From a virus (taxonomy: Duplodnaviria; Caudoviricetes): DNA of 47,443 nt. The stretch is from positions 1 to 47,443 of IMG/VR virus record IMGVR_UViG_3300024231_001313; one strand, written 5' to 3'. Positions within the stretch are counted from its first letter, which is position 1. The number at the start of each line of letters is the position of its first letter. The translations under genes were made by a program, and so were the position numbers. Shown piece by piece: positions 45,252 through 47,443 of the stretch. The notes beneath the pieces are model-generated. The model saw nothing but the letters and a program-made list of their open reading frames with translations, was not told the origin of the DNA and ran no database searches.

Positions 45252-46313
45252 ATGAAAATCCTAGTAGATACACCCCTTAATTCATTGAGCCTTGGTAATG
45301 TTGGTTACAACATTATCAAGGAACTCAAAAACAAAGGACATGATGTTGGCATTTGGCCAATGAACGAATCAAATGTTGACCTTTCTGCTTACGATATTTC
45401 CAGCGAAGATCAAGCATTCTTTCAACAAGCCATTAACAACCGATTAGATTTTTTGTCTGCTGACATACCTTCTATTAAGGTGTGGCATCTGAATGGGTCT
45501 GAAAACAGAAAGAACCCAAATCAATATCTGTATACTTTTTATGAGTGCTCAGAACCAACTGATACAGAAAAAAAGATTTGTAATGCTCAGACAAAAACAA
45601 TTTTTAGCTCATCTTATGCTGCTGAAAAGTTTGGATCAAATTATGTTCCTATTGGGTTTGACAAGGAGTTTTTTGAAACAAAAAAAACATACCTAAATGA
45701 CGTTGTTCATTTCGGCTTAATGGGAAAGTTTGAAAACAGAAAGCATACAGCCAAGATAATTAAAGCTTGGGTTAAAAAATACGGCAACAACAATAAATAC
45801 CAGTTAAGCTGCTGTATAACAAACCCTTTCTTTAAAGAGGAAGACATGTCTCAGATGATAAATCACACCCTTGAAGGCAATAGGTATACTAATGTTAACT
45901 TCTTGCCATTCTTAAAAACTAACAAAGAAGTTAATGAGCTTCTGAATGCTATAGATATTGATTTAACGGGTCTATCTGGAGGCGAAGGATGGAATCTACC
46001 ATCTTTCAATTCTACCTGTTTAGGGAAGTGGAGCATCGTCTTGAACGAAACCTCACATAAAGATTGGGCAACTAAAGATAATTCAATATTAATAGAATCC
46101 AGTTCAAAAATAGATTGTCATGATGGAAAATTCTTCGTTAAAGGAAGCCCATTTAATCAAGGTCATTTTTATTCATGGGAAGAAGATGATGTTATTTCCG
46201 CTATGGAAAAAGCAGAAACTAAGGTGGGACAAATTAACACAGAGGGACAAAAATTGGCAGACAAATTTACCTATTCTAAAACAGTAGATGGTATCTTAGC
46301 CCATATTTCCTAG
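45252..46313 (+). CDS. GT4-like (GT-B) glycosyltransferase
   Basis: VPIGFD, GKFENRK, LSGGEGWNLP. Confidence 0.8.
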   Translation: MKILVDTPLNSLSLGNVGYNIIKELKNKGHDVGIWPMNESNVDLSAYDISSEDQAFFQQAINNRLDFLSADIPSIKVWHLNGSENRKNPNQYLYTFYECSEPTDTEKKICNAQTKTIFSSSYAAEKFGSNYVPIGFDKEFFETKKTYLNDVVHFGLMGKFENRKHTAKIIKAWVKKYGNNNKYQLSCCITNPFFKEEDMSQMINHTLEGNRYTNVNFLPFLKTNKEVNELLNAIDIDLTGLSGGEGWNLPSFNSTCLGKWSIVLNETSHKDWATKDNSILIESSSKIDCHDGKFFVKGSPFNQGHFYSWEEDDVISAMEKAETKVGQINTEGQKLADKFTYSKTVDGILAHIS

Positions 46314-46322
46314 GTTTTAAGC

Positions 46323-46339
46323 TTGGCATGCAAACTGCA
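46323..46339 (+). promoter_or_regulatory. Sigma54 (RpoN) -24/-12 promoter
   Basis: TTGGCATGCAAACTGCA: GG-N10-GC matching YTGGCACG-N4-TTGCW; predicted +1 near 46350, next to the hsp20 ATG. Confidence 0.6.
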
Positions 46340-46350
46340 ATATATATGTT

Positions 46351-46671
46351 ATGACAACCTTATTCGAAGAACTGTTCAAACCAGATAGTCGGGCTTATCC
46401 CAAAGAATGCAAATGGATTAAAAGTAGTGATGATGTTTATACAGCGGAATTTGAACTCGCTGGATTTTCAAAAAAAGACGTCAAAATTACAGTAAACAAT
46501 GAAATTCTAAGGGTTGAAGCAAATAAAGAAGATAGAAATAAAAAGTTTTCCATCGCGCTTAATGATTTAGTATGTCCATCAGATGTAACATCTAATATGT
46601 CAAATGGCCTACTAAAAATCACAATGCCAAAAAAACAAATAAAGGAAACAATTTCCATCCAAATCAAATAA
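46351..46671 (+). CDS. Small heat-shock protein (Hsp20/alpha-crystallin)
   Basis: ELAGFSKKDVKITV....L.V and MSNGLLKITMPK. Confidence 0.9.
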   Translation: MTTLFEELFKPDSRAYPKECKWIKSSDDVYTAEFELAGFSKKDVKITVNNEILRVEANKEDRNKKFSIALNDLVCPSDVTSNMSNGLLKITMPKKQIKETISIQIK

Positions 46672-46693
46672 CAAATAATACTTAAAAACAAAT

Positions 46694-46730
46694 AAAAAGC
46701 AGGGGTAGTAGAAATACTGCCCCTGTTTGT
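46694..46730 (+). terminator. Rho-independent terminator
   Basis: GCAGGGGTAGTA-GAAA-TACTGCCCCTGT hairpin, with an A-tract before and TTTGT after. Confidence 0.8.
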
Positions 46731-46742
46731 GTATAATACAAT
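46727..46742 (+). promoter_or_regulatory. Candidate phage late promoter (GTGTA motif)
   Basis: TTGTGTA ending 9 nt before ATG 46743; overlaps a TATAAT. Confidence 0.45.
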
Positions 46743-47135
46743 ATGCCTATCTATACCTATAAACATCCCGAACAAGAAGAATACAGAGACGAAGTTCAAG
46801 GAATGAATGACAAGCATGTATACTTTGATTCTGACGGCCTTGAATGGAAAAGAGTATTCACTATACCAAATGCATCAATAGACACTCAGATCGACGCATA
46901 TAGCGAAAAACAGTTCAGAGAAAAAACTGCAGGTAAAAAGGGCACTTTTGGAGATATTATGGATTATAGTAAAGAGTTGGGGGAAGCAAGAGCAGAAAAT
47001 AATGGGGGCGTTGATCCAGTTAAGCAGAAGTACTATAAAGATTACTCAGACAGCAGAAACGGAGCAAAACACTTTAACCAAATAAAGGAAAAGGGACACA
47101 AGAGTAAGATAGTGAATGTTGATTATGGCGATTAG
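46743..47135 (+). CDS. FmdB-like hypothetical protein (Cys ligands absent)
   Basis: MPIYTY...E..Q.M.D.H.......WKRVF.P follows the FmdB-family N-terminus without CxxC. Confidence 0.55.
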   Translation: MPIYTYKHPEQEEYRDEVQGMNDKHVYFDSDGLEWKRVFTIPNASIDTQIDAYSEKQFREKTAGKKGTFGDIMDYSKELGEARAENNGGVDPVKQKYYKDYSDSRNGAKHFNQIKEKGHKSKIVNVDYGD

Positions 47136-47150
47136 ATCAAACTGATCTAA
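47132..47150. terminator. Hairpin between convergent genes
   Basis: TTAGATCA-AAC-TGATCTAA perfect 8-bp inverted repeat. Confidence 0.4.
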
Positions 47151-47161
47151 AACTATCCACA

Positions 47162-47344
47162 TCATCCCCTACCCCCTAGACCCCCCTTTCTTTTAACACC
47201 GAGTTTTTTACCAAATCTTTTATAAAAAGCGTTGACGGCTTCAGCTGGCGTATGACCAACAGTCTTATATTCCTGTTTAGTTTCTGATATGTAATATGCG
47301 GTCCATATTCCATTCTCATTATCCTTTTTTAATTTTGGTTTCAT
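47162..47344 (-). CDS. Small basic hypothetical protein
   Basis: 60-aa ORF, ATGA-coupled to the upstream partial ORF. Confidence 0.6.
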   Translation of the reverse strand: MKPKLKKDNENGIWTAYYISETKQEYKTVGHTPAEAVNAFYKRFGKKLGVKRKGGLGGRG

Positions 47345-47442
47345 AAGTCAAATATTATATTTAATTCGCTCCAATTAACTGGGTTTCTTTGTGGGCCGTA
47401 AATAAGAGGTGAGTTACTTGGCACAAAACTCTGACCAGAATA
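47341..47442 (-). CDS. C-terminal end of an ORF entering from beyond the window
   Basis: Open frame YSGQSFVPSNSPLIYGPQRNPVNWSELNIIFDL*, whose TGA overlaps the next ATG. Confidence 0.5.
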   Translation of the reverse strand, partial: YSGQSFVPSNSPLIYGPQRNPVNWSELNIIFDL

Positions 47443-47443
47443 A

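Noticed and set aside
268-46817. Short opposite-strand or off-frame ORFs in the track (e.g. 268-456, 9968-10432, 28098-28328, 30264-30677, 43718-44131, 46437-46817)
   Set aside because: They are shadows of longer motif-supported genes and have no recognisable motifs.
1-47443. Stop-codon reassignment
   Set aside because: Coding density is high and conserved proteins are full length under the standard code; TAA, TAG and TGA all occur as real stops.

Overview
This window is part of a large, AT-rich, tailed dsDNA phage genome (Caudoviricetes, lambda-like tail tip) read with the standard genetic code. No capsid, terminase, integrase, tRNA, rRNA or CRISPR array is visible. From left to right: (i) minus-strand tail-fibre and virion accessory genes (1-1880) and a pair of GNAT-like paralogues. 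(ii) A plus-strand tail-tip operon, gpL-gpK(JAB)-gpI(Ubl)-gpJ plus a 563-aa ORF (3478-13277). (iii) A 30-kb minus-strand block with a GNAT, a Rad52-like protein, degenerate or split GT4/GT9 glycosyltransferases, a Whirly-like protein, a pseudokinase, ClpC, a three-gene DnaE (PHP / DnaQ / catalytic core), a Cas4-like nuclease, primase, DnaB and RecA. The same block holds a 7.9-kb glycan island (gmd, epimerase, GT11, GT6, 3x GT2, 2 methyltransferases, 2 sulfotransferases) and nrdAB. (iv) A structured non-coding strand-switch region that may be an origin. (v) Plus-strand dNMP kinase, sigma factor, SSB, GT4, Hsp20 and an FmdB-like gene. The most notable signals are an ABO-blood-group-like GT11+GT6 pathway with sulfation and methylation, a 63-bp in-frame inverted repeat flanking the whole tail-tip operon, and a candidate phage late promoter (GTGTA-N9/10-ATG) within an apparently leaderless three-sigma regulatory scheme. 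Also notable are a cluster of catalytically altered GT and kinase folds and a Whirly-like protein. All product calls are from motif recognition by eye; no database search was run.
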